A program made the position numbers and the translations under genes. A stretch of 60,210 nucleotides of DNA, counting the filler, from Sluysia triapertura (Eukaryota), in assembly GCA_046118255.1 (NCBI GenBank). It is 5 parts of 5 records of this genome, joined end to end, with 100 filler letters (N's around TTAATTAATTAA, not from the genome) between each part and the next. Parts side by side here need not be neighbours in the genome. Positions count along the whole stretch, not along the records: positions 11,278 to 24,606 come from JBJNIA010039251.1; positions 24,707 to 36,758 come from JBJNIA010143943.1; 3 more parts are not named here. One strand, written 5' to 3'. Shown piece after piece: positions 13,080-24,809 of this stretch. The number at the start of each line of letters is the position of its first letter. Positions within the stretch are counted from its first letter, which is position 1. A model generated the notes under the pieces. That model was given only the letters and a program-made list of their open reading frames with translations. It was not told the DNA's origin and ran no database searches.

Positions 13080-13380
13080 AAGACAATTTACGTTACTCTT
13101 TTCAATTTGATTTAGCAGTTAATTTAGCAGTTGCTTATAAATATAACCTTAATGATAATTTAAGTGTCTCATCTCCATTTGATGGAAACAACCATTTATC
13201 ATATATCCCATGGTCATGATCATTTCCCCGTCATGGTCAAAGCAACGCACCAGTCAGGCAAAGAAAGTAAACGATGTCCATGAGATCCACAAACTAGATA
13301 AGATCATACGAGAAACTTCTGTTCAGAAAAATGCTGTCAACATAAAGTAAGACGCATTGTTTTCTATACTCTTACGTGAC
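13080..13380 (+). mobile_element. Possible piggyBac transposase C-terminal remnant
   Basis: RYSFQFDLAVNL (FRxxLxxxL-like), then HDHFPVMVKATHQSGKESKRC...HTRNFCSEKC, resembling the HFP...RC...TRYFCxxC Cys-rich tail of PGBD-type transposases. Stops present. Confidence 0.4.
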
Positions 13381-14719
13381 GCCATCTTGTTTCTCTTATT
13401 TGTTATTTATATAAAATTTTCATGTTTTACGTTTTGTCTTTTACTAGAAAGGAAATTCATCCCATAACCTTCTTGTGACAAAAAAGTTTTAATAAATATT
13501 TTTGTGTCAGAAATTAAACTTATGCGCGGTAACGTAATAACCAACAGTAACAAGCTATTAATTTTTGAAATGCTACATAACCGATGATGCAACTACATAT
13601 GATAAGCCTCAAATCAAATACCCACTTAATAAACCAACAAAATTTTCATTTTCCTTTACAAAAGCACAAAATAAAACTTAAAAAGCAGTTAAAAAAAATC
13701 AAAATCTTTATAAACATCAAAAAGCACCTATAAATTACAAAGAAATCAGAAACCATTATACAAGTGTGAAAAAAGGCAGGAATTCATCAAACTTGATACG
13801 CATCTAGAAAATATCACGGATCAAACCTAGACTTCAATAAAACACGAACTACATGAATTGAAATAAGATATTCTTTGGTAAGAATATTATAAAATAATCT
13901 AATTTTATAAGTAACAAATAATTAATCTTAACATCATCCTTACTTTTAAAAATTATTAAATAAGATAAAGACTTTTTATTGTAACCTTAATAATGATTGT
14001 TATGTACACGTAGTAAAAAGAAAACAGAAGAAAACGATGTTACAGTAACACAAAGAAAAGTTTGATGATATAACTGCATACTTCATAGCCTTGATTAGAA
14101 AGAGTCTGATTGAAATACGTTGAACAATTAATGTTAAAGATCTACCAAATGAAATTCTAAAAATGATGTAATTTGATTGTAATTCACATAAACACCAAAA
14201 AAGATGTGATGTAAATGTATTATACATAATAATACAATCAAAATAAATATTCGATGGGTTTTTAGGTATCAGATCATTATCAATAATAACTATAAAAATG
14301 CTGAATAACATTTTACCGAAATCTGAGCATATTTTATTTATATTAATTACAATGCAACTGACTAATCCTTGCGATCTTGTATTTATAGCGTCACTAACTT
14401 TTTAACTTCACTTCGATTTAGGAACATAACAAAACCTAAAAAGACCAATTCTTCAAATGTTTGACTATTGACGTCGACGACACTATCTAGTGATATATTA
14501 GGCCAATAATCATACCTAATGTAGTAATAAGCTCGGTGAAATAATTTACGCTTTTCTAATAATAAATTTACATCGTAAGTAATGTAATAAACTTGATAAA
14601 ATAATTCATATCTATCATAAACATGGTTGTTAATAAAAGATTTACGCTTATCTATTTTAGCAGTAATTACGCTTTTTCGAGATCTTTTTTAATTACAGGT
14701 TCAGAACCAGGATCTTGTG

Positions 14720-14990
14720 TGCATACATATGCTCACCAATTAATGACAACCAAATTTGGACCATCTCTTTTTATACCATAAACATGTGAAATTATCTCTT
14801 TATTCCATTGATGCATCATTATAATAATGTAAAATGACGTCTTCGAAGGAAACAACAAATACGATTTGTATAAGGTGTTGAAAAATTTTACTTTTTTGTT
14901 GTTGCTACTTAATTTAGTAGTATATTTATATGCACTAATAGACCACATGATACGATGTGGTTAATTACAAATATAAAATTTTATAATTTA
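14720..14990 (+). pseudogene. Possible class A GPCR fragment (ECL2-TM5-ICL3-TM6), decayed
   Basis: One frame: CAYICSPINDNQIWTISFYTINM*NYLFIPLMHHYNNVK*RLRRKQ...KFYFFVVAT*FSSIFICTNRPH, with TM5 FxIPL and TM6 VV..F.IC..P spacing. Confidence 0.35.
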
Positions 14991-15076
14991 TAATTTTGTT
15001 TGAAAATTATAATAATAATTATTCTTATTATTATAAAAAGTAAAATATATAAATGATCTTGTTACATAAATTAATT

Positions 15077-15253
15077 TTATCTATTAATAGTAATTGGAAT
15101 ATATTCAGATTCGATGCTTTCAACTAAACTTCGACTAATATTTAAATTGTCTGTTTCTCTATCAAAATTTGATAATTCAGTTTTTTGACAAAATGCTAAT
15201 TCATTGCATAAATCAGTGCGTTTTCTATTAGAGTTTCGAATAATGTTTTGAAT
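15077..15253 (-). CDS. TAOK: TAO kinase terminal exon
   Basis: TTTTCAG acceptor, IQNIIRNSNRKRTDLCNELAFCQKTELSNFDRETDNL..., TAA stop at 15079-15077. Confidence 0.85.
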   Translation of the reverse strand: MQNIIRNSNRKRTDLCNELAFCQKTELSNFDRETDNLNISRSLVESIESEYIPITINR

Positions 15254-18200
15254 CTGAAAAAAATAAATGTAAATTGCATATTGATGTTTTTTTAAGTAGA
15301 TAATTTTATACTAAAAATATGATTTTGTTTTAAATAACTAACACTTTCTTCAATTTCAACTTTTTTCTGAGCTAAAGTTTGTTTTAAAGTCAGAAATTCA
15401 TTGTTCATAGACTTCATAGTCTCTTCTTTTAAGGATTTGTGGAATTGCTGCATTACTTCTTTTTCTTTTGCTAATCGTGTTTCCAAATCTTCACGTTCTT
15501 TGACTTGTCGTTTTTCCAACTGAGTCTAAATGAAATTCGTTACAATATTAATGCTTAATAATTTTTATTTTTCACACTCTAACAACATGTAATGTCTATT
15601 TCACTAATTATTTTCCGAAAAAAACCTTTATGAAACAGTTAAGAACGTTTTTAACGTAAAGTAAATGTATTAAATAAATGTTGGTTTAAAATTTTATTAT
15701 CGACATTATTTTCGTTTACAGTTGTATTTATGAAGCAGTCACTTTGTAAAGATGAAGTTCAATAACTTTTAATTCTGATAATTAAATAGCACGTATACAT
15801 AATAATACTTATGTTCAAAATCAACGAAGAAAAACACAATACTTGTTATCGCAATTATTAAGGAAGAAGCAAGATTATAAACAACACAATATTTATCATA
15901 AATTAAAAATTTGTCTTAATAAGCAGGGAAAAGAAAACAGTTCGAACCATTTAATATATAAAAAGCAAAAAATATTAAAAAATTGTAACTACATATAGTA
16001 AATCAGATACCTAAGATGATATAATCAATATTCAATAATGAAATAGTGAGTAAACACGAAATTCAAATAAGAATTATTATATTCAATGACGCATTTAATA
16101 ATAAATAATTATGCATTAAATGACATAATTTGTTAGTATACCAATATTTAAATAACCTTTTCGCGAATTTTCATGCGTTCTACAATCGATTCATATTGTG
16201 ATAAAACATCGTTTTGTTTTCTCCTTTCATCTTCTTTCAATTTTTTAATAATTTGTTGCTCTTGCATTCGTTCTGACATTGCTGATGTTTGAGTAGCTGA
16301 ACCTGTCGTTGATGCCAAAGAACGAGATCTTAATTGTTTTAGTTTATCTTCTTTGAAAATTTTGAATTGTTTCTTTTGAATTGTAAGTGTATCTCGACAA
16401 AGTTTCTGATTTTCTTGTTCCTTAATCTGATTATTATTTATGTTTAATAATGTATAAAATCTTCTTTCATGGATAAAGTTGTGTAAGTTTAGTGACACAG
16501 AAAATTCAGAGGGTGTTTTATGTTTTATTTATCTACTAGATCACACAATCATATTGTTATAATTTTAATTTTAATTCAACAAATTAATGTATATCTACCA
16601 TATTTCATGACGGCTAGTAGTAAAATAAACAATATGCATATATGTAAGGTTGGCAAGGATGAAATTTGTTTACTTTCCATTTACCAAAAAGTATGTAATA
16701 AGCACATTAATAAAAACAAATAAATATGCATATAAATAAGTACATAAATAAATAAATAAACACATAGGTCTACTATATAAACATCAGGAAGTCAAAATAA
16801 TTTTCAAGTAAAATATTACTAAAAAATAACTAGTGTAATTTACACTCGAATTCATTTGACCTGACTAGTAGGCAGAATGTTAATAATATTGACAGCTTAT
16901 TACTTAACATTGGCTTAATATTTTATAGTTTGCTTTTTGATGGAAAGTTACGTATAGAAGCTGTTTAAAGAAATCACTGTAAGTTCTAAATGTATTAAAA
17001 ACTTTTTTAAAATTTATTTTGTTGAAAATGGAACGGACTAAAATAAAAATTTAAAATGATATGCGAATATCAGAAGCCACTAGAAAACCTTGAGTTTATC
17101 ACTATCATTATCAGATGAATACACAATATCCAATAAATTAATAATAAATTGGATATATGAATATTTTATAATTCTTTTAATTCTGTCTTTAATAAATGTG
17201 AAAAATATCAAAATCCAAAATAATTTAATATGTATCTTTTTGAATTTAAAGGCTATACAAAATTAACATATTGAAATTCTTTATTATATACTTTATTAAG
17301 AGACCGCACAATTCACATAATACGTTGTAAAAATGTATATAAATTATTGTTACTGTTTGAAAACAAATAAAATGTAGTTAGACAAATTCAAAATAGATAT
17401 GTAGTGATATAAATTTAGAAATAAAAGATACAGATGCAGATAAGAGGCTGCAATTTTTTTAAAAAACATAAATTTACTTTGATAATTTTAGGCAAATTTT
17501 TTAATTCAGAATTATGTCGTTTGGTTAGAATTGTATCTTGCTGATAAGCATATTGATTCTGCGAATCCAATTGGGCATTATGTAATGCTTCCATCTGTTC
17601 CGTACGCAACTTATGAAGATTTTCTAAATGTCCCAATTGTATGGTACAAAGTCTATCATGTTGATGTAATTGAAGAGCGTTGCGCGAATCTAAATGACTT
17701 TGTTCCATTTTAATCATTTGATCCAAGTTCTTTGTCTGAATATATCACAAAATATAATATAATATAATAATTAGCAATACGCATGCAAGATGTTTCAAAA
17801 TGATCATCACTAGTTGAATTGATGAATATTAAATAAAAAGATATTATTTTGTATCAACGAACGTAATTTTGCATTTTAGACAATGATGTGGTGGTATTAC
17901 AAAAAGGTACCCATTTTTTAAAAACATTAGTACTAATTTATTGAGTTAACGAAAATTTAACAACAGCTAGATAGGTAAGCACGATCAAAAATATAAATAA
18001 TAAAGAGTAAAAATATCCAGAAAATAACGTTATTATATAACTTTATTTCATTTAGTTTCTCAATATTTGTTAATAAAAACAAAAATCTGACATGAATATT
18101 GTGTAACTATATTATTGTTCGGTAACGCAGAAAACACGAAAACGTTTAGAAACTAACCGATTAGTCTCACAATAGTTTTTTGAAATGGCAAAGGCAACAG

Positions 18201-19031
18201 TTATTGTAATCAAAAATAATTGTGAGCAATTATTAGGTATTTTAATGTCAATCATTAATGTGCATTATACTATACTGTCAAAAATTTTACAACTTAATGT
18301 AAGAATCAAATGTCACAATATATTAACCTTAGTCATAAGGTCTTGCATTTTAGTAGATTAATATAAAATGAATTTTGATAGTAATTTAAAATAATTGTTA
18401 AATTATAATGTTCAAAAGTAATTCAATTTACAATCTCATCATAAATGCCAACATCAAATATCAAAATTTTGGCCACATTAAGGCATTATTAAAAAAAGTC
18501 ATAGCAATCAAAATTCCAAAAAATTTATTTATTGAAAGTGCTATGTATAATTCATTAACACTGGCATTAATAATGATAATCTAGTAAGGTTTGTGTAATG
18601 GAAGTTCTGATTGTTTTTAACCAAAATGCCTTTTAGATAACAATTTAAACAGCAGTAATAATAAAATAATTGATAAATTATGCAAGGGTTATTTCAAAAA
18701 TAAACCAAATACTAGAAAATTACTGGAAAATTATGATATATTTAAAGACAAATTCTTTCTATTTCAGAAATAATAACAAGCATTGTAATCTAAGTGCTTT
18801 TGGATATTTATCAGATAGTAAATATTAGTGTTGCAAAAATTTATATATATTATTTAAAAAGAATGCATATTTAATAAAAAATTCGGTGCTTCTGACGATC
18901 TTGTTCTTCAGACACAAATTTTAAATATTAATCGTTCTTAGAATTAAATATTCTAGTATATAATCTCGGTTTTCAACCGAGTATTCGTTGTTGATCTTTC
19001 TGATAATCTGTATTCTGTGAGATTTTGTTTC

Positions 19032-19067
<36 letters not shown>

Positions 19068-22000
19068 GTAATAATAATAATAATAATAATATTTAAATTA
19101 AGAACTTTGTTCGCATTAATATTATTCTACAATTCTCATTGAATCCAATATATTAATAAATTCAAAGTTGAAAGATATTTACATACTAAAATTAGTACAT
19201 AATATTTATTTTAGACATTGAACCTGTGTGCATTTCTAAATTTTATCTTTATCGAAATTTTAATTTATAAAATTAATGTAATTAAAAATTAATTAGGAAT
19301 ATTGATAACTAATCATATTCTATTTTTTAATAATTCTTGACATAAAACTTCATTTATTTGCATTACTTTTAACTCAATGAATTTTCATGTCATTGGGAGT
19401 TTTTAAATATCCAATTAAATTTTAAATTCCTATTGCAGATGAGTTTATATAAAAAAATATAATCCAAGTGGAAAGATAAATAAAAAACAAAATTAGATCT
19501 TCGATGTGTGGATTGAGACTCATTAACACTTAGAAAAGTGTTACTTAGAAGATAGTACTATTGATTAAATAGAATGGTAAAAGTGCGATGTTAGTAAAAT
19601 AAAAAACAAATACAAGCAAGTCCAAACCAACACAACAATTAACACTAAATGTACCACGACCGGTATATTTTACTTTAAAAAATACTATGAAATTGTATTG
19701 TTTTTTAAATAACAATTGACTTTTAAATGACCGGTTTAACATAAAATCTCTTGGTTTGTTTAGTGTTAAATTTATGCACATGAATAAACATGTAACTTGC
19801 AATTTAGTCATACCTATATTATTTAACTAATACGCATTATTACTAAAAGATAGGGTTCTTTATCAATCGTCATTATTGCAATCACTAATTTTTAAGAATT
19901 AAATAGAAAAATACCAAATAAGTTTTAAAATAAGTTCTATCAATAATTTTAATCAATAAGAATGTTTTCTTGATTTCCTTATGCTTAAATAGTAATCATT
20001 ACAATAACTTGGAGTTATGTGAAACATTATAAGTTGTGAATTGAATTTTATTTATGATTTTCGATCTTTATTTATGATCGTATCACAAAATTTTATAAAA
20101 GTATAACAAATAAAGGTTAAAAGATTTAAATTATTTGCTAGAATTTATTTTAAAATTTTTATAAATTTCTTAATTTTTTAATCATTCAAAATTTACAATC
20201 ATTTAACTGTAGGAAAAAATTAGACTTATAAAATAAATTAAGTATAGAAAAATTAATATATAATGGAATGAAAGAATTTTTTGAGCATGATATTAGTGAA
20301 AAACATGCTGAAAATGAGGTTTTCTGCTTATATAAAAACACAAAAGGAACATAAGTTTACACATTGTTACTTGGAATTCATAATTATCAATTTTGGAATA
20401 CAAATTTATTAGTTGTTTCCAAAAAATATAATCAGTTTACACAATTATTGACATTCATAGTTGTTGGATATTAATTTTCACTTTTATTGGTATCCTTGCT
20501 AATAATTAGTTATTATTCGGTTTATAACATTTCCATTAACTCTTAAGTGCAGTACCTAAATTTTTAAAAAATCAAAATAAGAACTTGAAAAAAAACGTAA
20601 GAATTAAGACTCATGCTACAATTTTGTTATTTTATTGTTGTGAAATATACCTTGGCGTTTACTTAGTCTTGAGAATAGTGAATTTGGACTTTAAATATAA
20701 AACTTGGCACCCCTATGTCTACCATCAGAGTGCTGCTCATAAATTTTTTGATATTATAATTATTTATGACATCATGCACATAAGCAAACCGTGGACCTTA
20801 ATGAATATTGGTAGTAAATTATTTAATATATAATTTATCGTATAATTATATAAGTCCTAACTTTGTATACTTTGCATCAAAATCGAATAAAATCAGTTAG
20901 TAACTGTCTTATATAAACATTAAAATTATATATAAACCTGTCAAACAAAAATCAATTATACAATCCCAAAATACCAACAAATGCGATACCAAGACGCTAA
21001 AAATGTGACATTACATAAAAGCAACTAACCTGTAAATTATGTTTATGGATGAATCCGTCGCGTTTATAACGACGTATTTTAGCTTCTGACATTTGTCGAA
21101 TTTGAAATACATCTTGTTGACATTTAGTAGAATCAATACTTTGTTTTTTCGATGCTTTTTCCATGTTTTTTATTTCTTGTTTCAATTTTTTGTCCATTGT
21201 TTTGAGGTAAGTGTTTTCACGCTGTTTAAGTTCTTTAGTAAACTTTTCTAATTCGATGGAATTTGTCGAGATAACTTTTCTAATTCTTTTTGATTATTTG
21301 TTTCAAGAGTTTCCAATTCTTTTTGAAGAGAATATTTCGACAATTCTAATTCATTCGAATTTTTATCAGATAATTGTTCCAATCGTCTTTTATGTTGATT
21401 TCGTAATCTTTTAAAACCATACATTTGTTGACGCCAATTTTCCGATAATGTATCTGTTGGATATTCATTACTTTTCTGTGAACGATAAATATCTCCAGAA
21501 TTAGAGTATGCAGCATTAACACTTGTATATGATCGTGCCAAATTCTCGTTAGAACTCGTTGCTGATACACTAGAACATGAAGATGAGGGTGTTTCAGTTG
21601 TATTAGGAGTAGTTTCTGCAGTAGTTGAAGTTGAAGAAGCAAGTTGCTTAGCTATACTTTTATTACTACTACTAACTACTAATGGTGAAGATCGATTTAG
21701 AGATTTACCATTACCACTAGAAATATTAACATTGATGTTGCTTTTTGGAAATTTACTACTAGTTTTAAGGGTAATGATGTGTAGATTTTCATTGGAAACA
21801 ATATCTCGTTGATTGGACAATGGTTCAACACTAGAATCACTGATACGACAATTTGGATCACAACTATTTGTACTGGTTTCCTGATTTGATTTAATAGAAG
21901 CACGATTAAATCTATTATGGATGTCACCGGATGATTTGGAATAAGATATAGCAGAATGTTTGGAATGATACGGTGATACTTTAATATTTTCTGACTGACT

Positions 22001-23416
22001 ATGTGATAATTTGTTGTCACCTCCATTCGGGTGATTAATTGGAATGTTGTCACTTCTACCTACATCGGATTGTTCTAAATCAGACTAAATAGAAATTATT
22101 ACTATTATTATTTGATTTTCGATATATTATTAAATTTAGATTACTTATATTTTAAAAATTATTATTGCATTTCGCAATATTATAGGATGATTTATTAAAG
22201 TTAGTTCTGATGATAGAAGTGAAAGTGCAAATTGTAAAAGTAAAATTAAATCAAAGCCTCGAATCAAACGCGTGACTCACTGTGGAATGCAACAAAACAC
22301 ATTTTAATATTTAATAAAGGAATTGACTGCATGTAATACAAACGTTATTAAATATTTTTTTAAGTTTTAATTTGCTTAAGTTTCTATTAAAGTAATATAC
22401 TTATTCAAATAATTCAAACTTATTCAAATAATAATTATTAAGTCATAACTGGCCGCTAAAAATTCTTAATCGACTGTTTGATAGCAACACAAACAAAGTT
22501 ACAGCGGCTACTGAATTTCGAATAAAAGTGACGTATTACTAAGTCAATGGCCATTAATGAGTTAAAACTGTTTATGTACTCATTAATAAAACTACCAATC
22601 ACATAATGTTCAAAGAGCCAAATAAAATTGTTCAAATAATAAATAATGTTACCAAATAGCATTGATCAAATAACCAACCGATGTTCAAGTAATAAATAAT
22701 TTTCTTCAAATAACTAAACGGTATTGCAAATACACAAATTAGCTATTTAAATAACACGATTTTCACTATTGCGTTGTGACAGTTGAAAACTTTGCTTTTA
22801 TAATATTTTCTACTGATATTATAAAATGGCCAGTAATTTTTTGAATTCCGTTCTGTTAAAATTTTTGGTAATAGTCGTTTGAATACAATGTGATCCTTAT
22901 TACACATTTAAAATTTCATTTGATTCCGATATATATACATTTTAATGCATCAAAATAAATTTATACTAGGATGGATATCACACGTATTGATAAGAAAGTA
23001 TAGTGTAGATTGGGCAGTTACGATTGATGTACTTCAGTAGAATTTACATTTCAGTGATATCGGTACAGCAAAAATTAACATAAATTACTTTTATAAACAT
23101 TGGTACTTCAAAGTGTACAATTGGAACAATGTGTTTTACTTGAACTTTAAATTGGATGTTATATCTAATATTTCTCAATTTCATAAGTATTTATGTGCCA
23201 AAACTAAAGCGCATACACAGAAGAAATAAAGAGTGATCTTATAGTATTGAGACACAAAATAATGTTATAAAATTTCTTCATGCATGTTGTATTCTGCTGT
23301 TTTCGTTCGTTTAATTTTGGTTTTACTAAGATATTCTTTAGATATTTTAGATTTATATTTATAATTCCATTGTTTTTTAATTTTTTTATTGTATAATTTA
23401 TAAAATTAATTCTCAC

Positions 23417-23483
<67 letters not shown>

Positions 23484-23755
23484 GAATTTATATTATATTA
23501 TTATTGAGAATGAATATTTCTAACATCATCCTGTATTCGTAAATCAAATAATTCTTCAATAAAATCTGTTGCTGAATTTATAGAGGAATTGTCATTATGC
23601 TTTCCAATATCATTGTTGTTATCTAATAAATCGTTGTCATAATAATGATTGTGATGGTGATGTTTATGTAGATGACGACCAAGATGTTTAAAGTTTTCGT
23701 TGTCCTGAGAAGAATTAGTGAGTTCTAAATCAGATAATTCATTCGATTCACGATT
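15077..23755 (-). CDS. TAOK: TAO kinase (STE20 family), C-terminal regulatory/coiled-coil part; six exons, 5'-incomplete
   Basis: Exons 23755-23525, 22084-21030, 17735-17478, 16426-16157, 15525-15343 and 15253-15077, all with phase-0 GT-AG junctions. Matches to TAOK: RQQMYGFKRLRNQHKRRLEQL (REQMSGYKRMRRQHQKQL); RRYKRDGFIHKHNLQ|TKNLD (RRFKRRMLLGRHNLEQ); KRHNSELKNLPKIIK (RKHVMEVRQQPKSLK); CRDTLTIQKKQFK (FQDTCKIQTRQYK); IKKLKEDERRK (LKRLKEEQTRK); QKTELSNFDRE (QAREIEAFDSE). One 1-nt frameshift near 21263. Confidence 0.9.
15343..15525 (-). CDS. TAOK: TAO kinase exon
   Basis: ATTTAG acceptor, TQLEKRQVKEREDLETRLAKEKEVMQQF...IEES, GTTAGT donor; 183 nt. Confidence 0.85.
16157..16426 (-). CDS. TAOK: TAO kinase exon
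   Basis: AATCAG acceptor, IKEQENQKLCRDTLTIQKKQFK...QYESIVERMKIREK, GT donor; 270 nt. Confidence 0.85.
17478..17735 (-). CDS. TAOK: TAO kinase exon
   Basis: TTCAG acceptor, TKNLDQMIKMEQSHLDSRNALQLHQHD...LPKIIK, GTAAAT donor; 258 nt. Confidence 0.88.
18953..18981 (-). mobile_element. Helitron-like 3' terminus (hairpin + CTAG)
   Basis: Minus strand reads CTCGGTT-GAA-AACCGAG (perfect 7-bp stem), then 8 nt, then CTAG. Confidence 0.45.
19034..19091. repeat. (TAA)n microsatellite
   Basis: Direct read. Confidence 0.95.
21030..22084 (-). CDS. TAOK: TAO kinase large exon (Ser/Thr-rich region + first coiled coil), with an apparent 1-nt frameshift
   Basis: ATTTAG acceptor at 22085 and open frame to RQIPSN* (21248). 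Adding one A at ~21263 continues RQNSIELEKFTKELKQ...KHNLQ to a GTTAGT donor at 21029. Confidence 0.88.
23417..23483. repeat. (TAA)n microsatellite
   Basis: Direct read. Confidence 0.95.
23525..23755 (-). CDS. TAOK: Probable TAO kinase exon (His/Asp/Ser-rich linker)
   Basis: TTCAG acceptor and GTTAGA donor, 231 nt stop-free (NRESNELSDLE...HLHKHHHHNHYY...LFDLRIQDD), phase-compatible with the next exon. Confidence 0.7.
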
Positions 23756-24606
23756 CTGAAAATCAAAGAAATTACATCAAAATATTAATCTGTTTCTATC
23801 TCCTGTACTGTTATAAGTAACGCAAGACGAAAAACTTTAATTATATTTCAAAATTTTATCAAAAAATTAATAAATTTTCCGCTTAATTTTTTTTCTCATT
23901 TTAAATCACTTTCTAAAAATAATATGAATTAATAACATTTCATATAGCATAAAATTTATGGAAGTGAAATATGAAAATATGAAACAGTTAAAAATGAAAC
24001 TAAAGCTAGTTTAATTTTCTACAATGTATGGTGATCCAACATCGTAGAAATATTCTGAAATAACGTCTTAATTAAAAACATTCAACATAATCATATTAAA
24101 AATTATATCAATCTCTTATTAAGCAATTTATGTTATACTTGTTATTCAATAAACTAAAAAGTATAAAGTACTACAAATCATTATATTCACCTTTTCTCAA
24201 TTAAGTTAATAAGGCTTCTTAAAAATTTCGAAGTATTGATATAATTTTAATTAGTAAAGTCGCTACCTGACATCATAATTATCATTGATGACATAAGTAT
24301 TCCTGTTGTTAATTTTAATTTCATTATTTTCAATCATTTTATTAATAACATTGTTTTTTGACATATTTAATATTATACACTAAAACATTACGTTAAAAAG
24401 CTCCACAGAAGTATTGAAATTATTTAATTCCATTCTAGTTAATTTTTATGAATTTGATTTATTTAAAAATGAAAAGGACAATTTTGAAACTAATAATGAA
24501 GCAAAAAATCTCTTTGTTAGACGTATAAGAGAATGAAACATTTGTTTGACATACTGCAATTTTAGCTTAGATGAAACTTAAAGTTTACTTGGACAATTAA
24601 TTAAAT

Positions 24607-24706
24607 NNNNNNNNNNNNNNNNNNNNNNNNNNNNNNNNNNNNNNNNNNNNTTAATTAATTAANNNNNNNNNNNNNNNNNNNNNNNNNNNNNNNNNNNNNN
24701 NNNNNN
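24607..24706. other. Assembly gap with artificial TTAATTAATTAA linker
   Basis: N44-linker-N44. Confidence 0.97.
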
Positions 24707-24809
24707 TTGAAATTATTAAGATTTAAACTGAACAAGATAATAATAGTGAGTTTAATATTTAACAAGTTTTAAAGACGCAACAATATGACATTACATTTAT
24801 AATAATGCA

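Noticed and set aside
14050-14500. KDLPNEILKMM as an F-box motif
   Set aside because: It is a single short motif in a stop-ridden frame with no supporting domain.
21211-22053. Overlapping ORFs 21211-21414(+), 21346-21642(-), 21697-22053(-); likewise 17531-17713(+), 57235-57510(-), 58917-59162(-)
   Set aside because: They are shadow frames of real TAO or Lgl exons.
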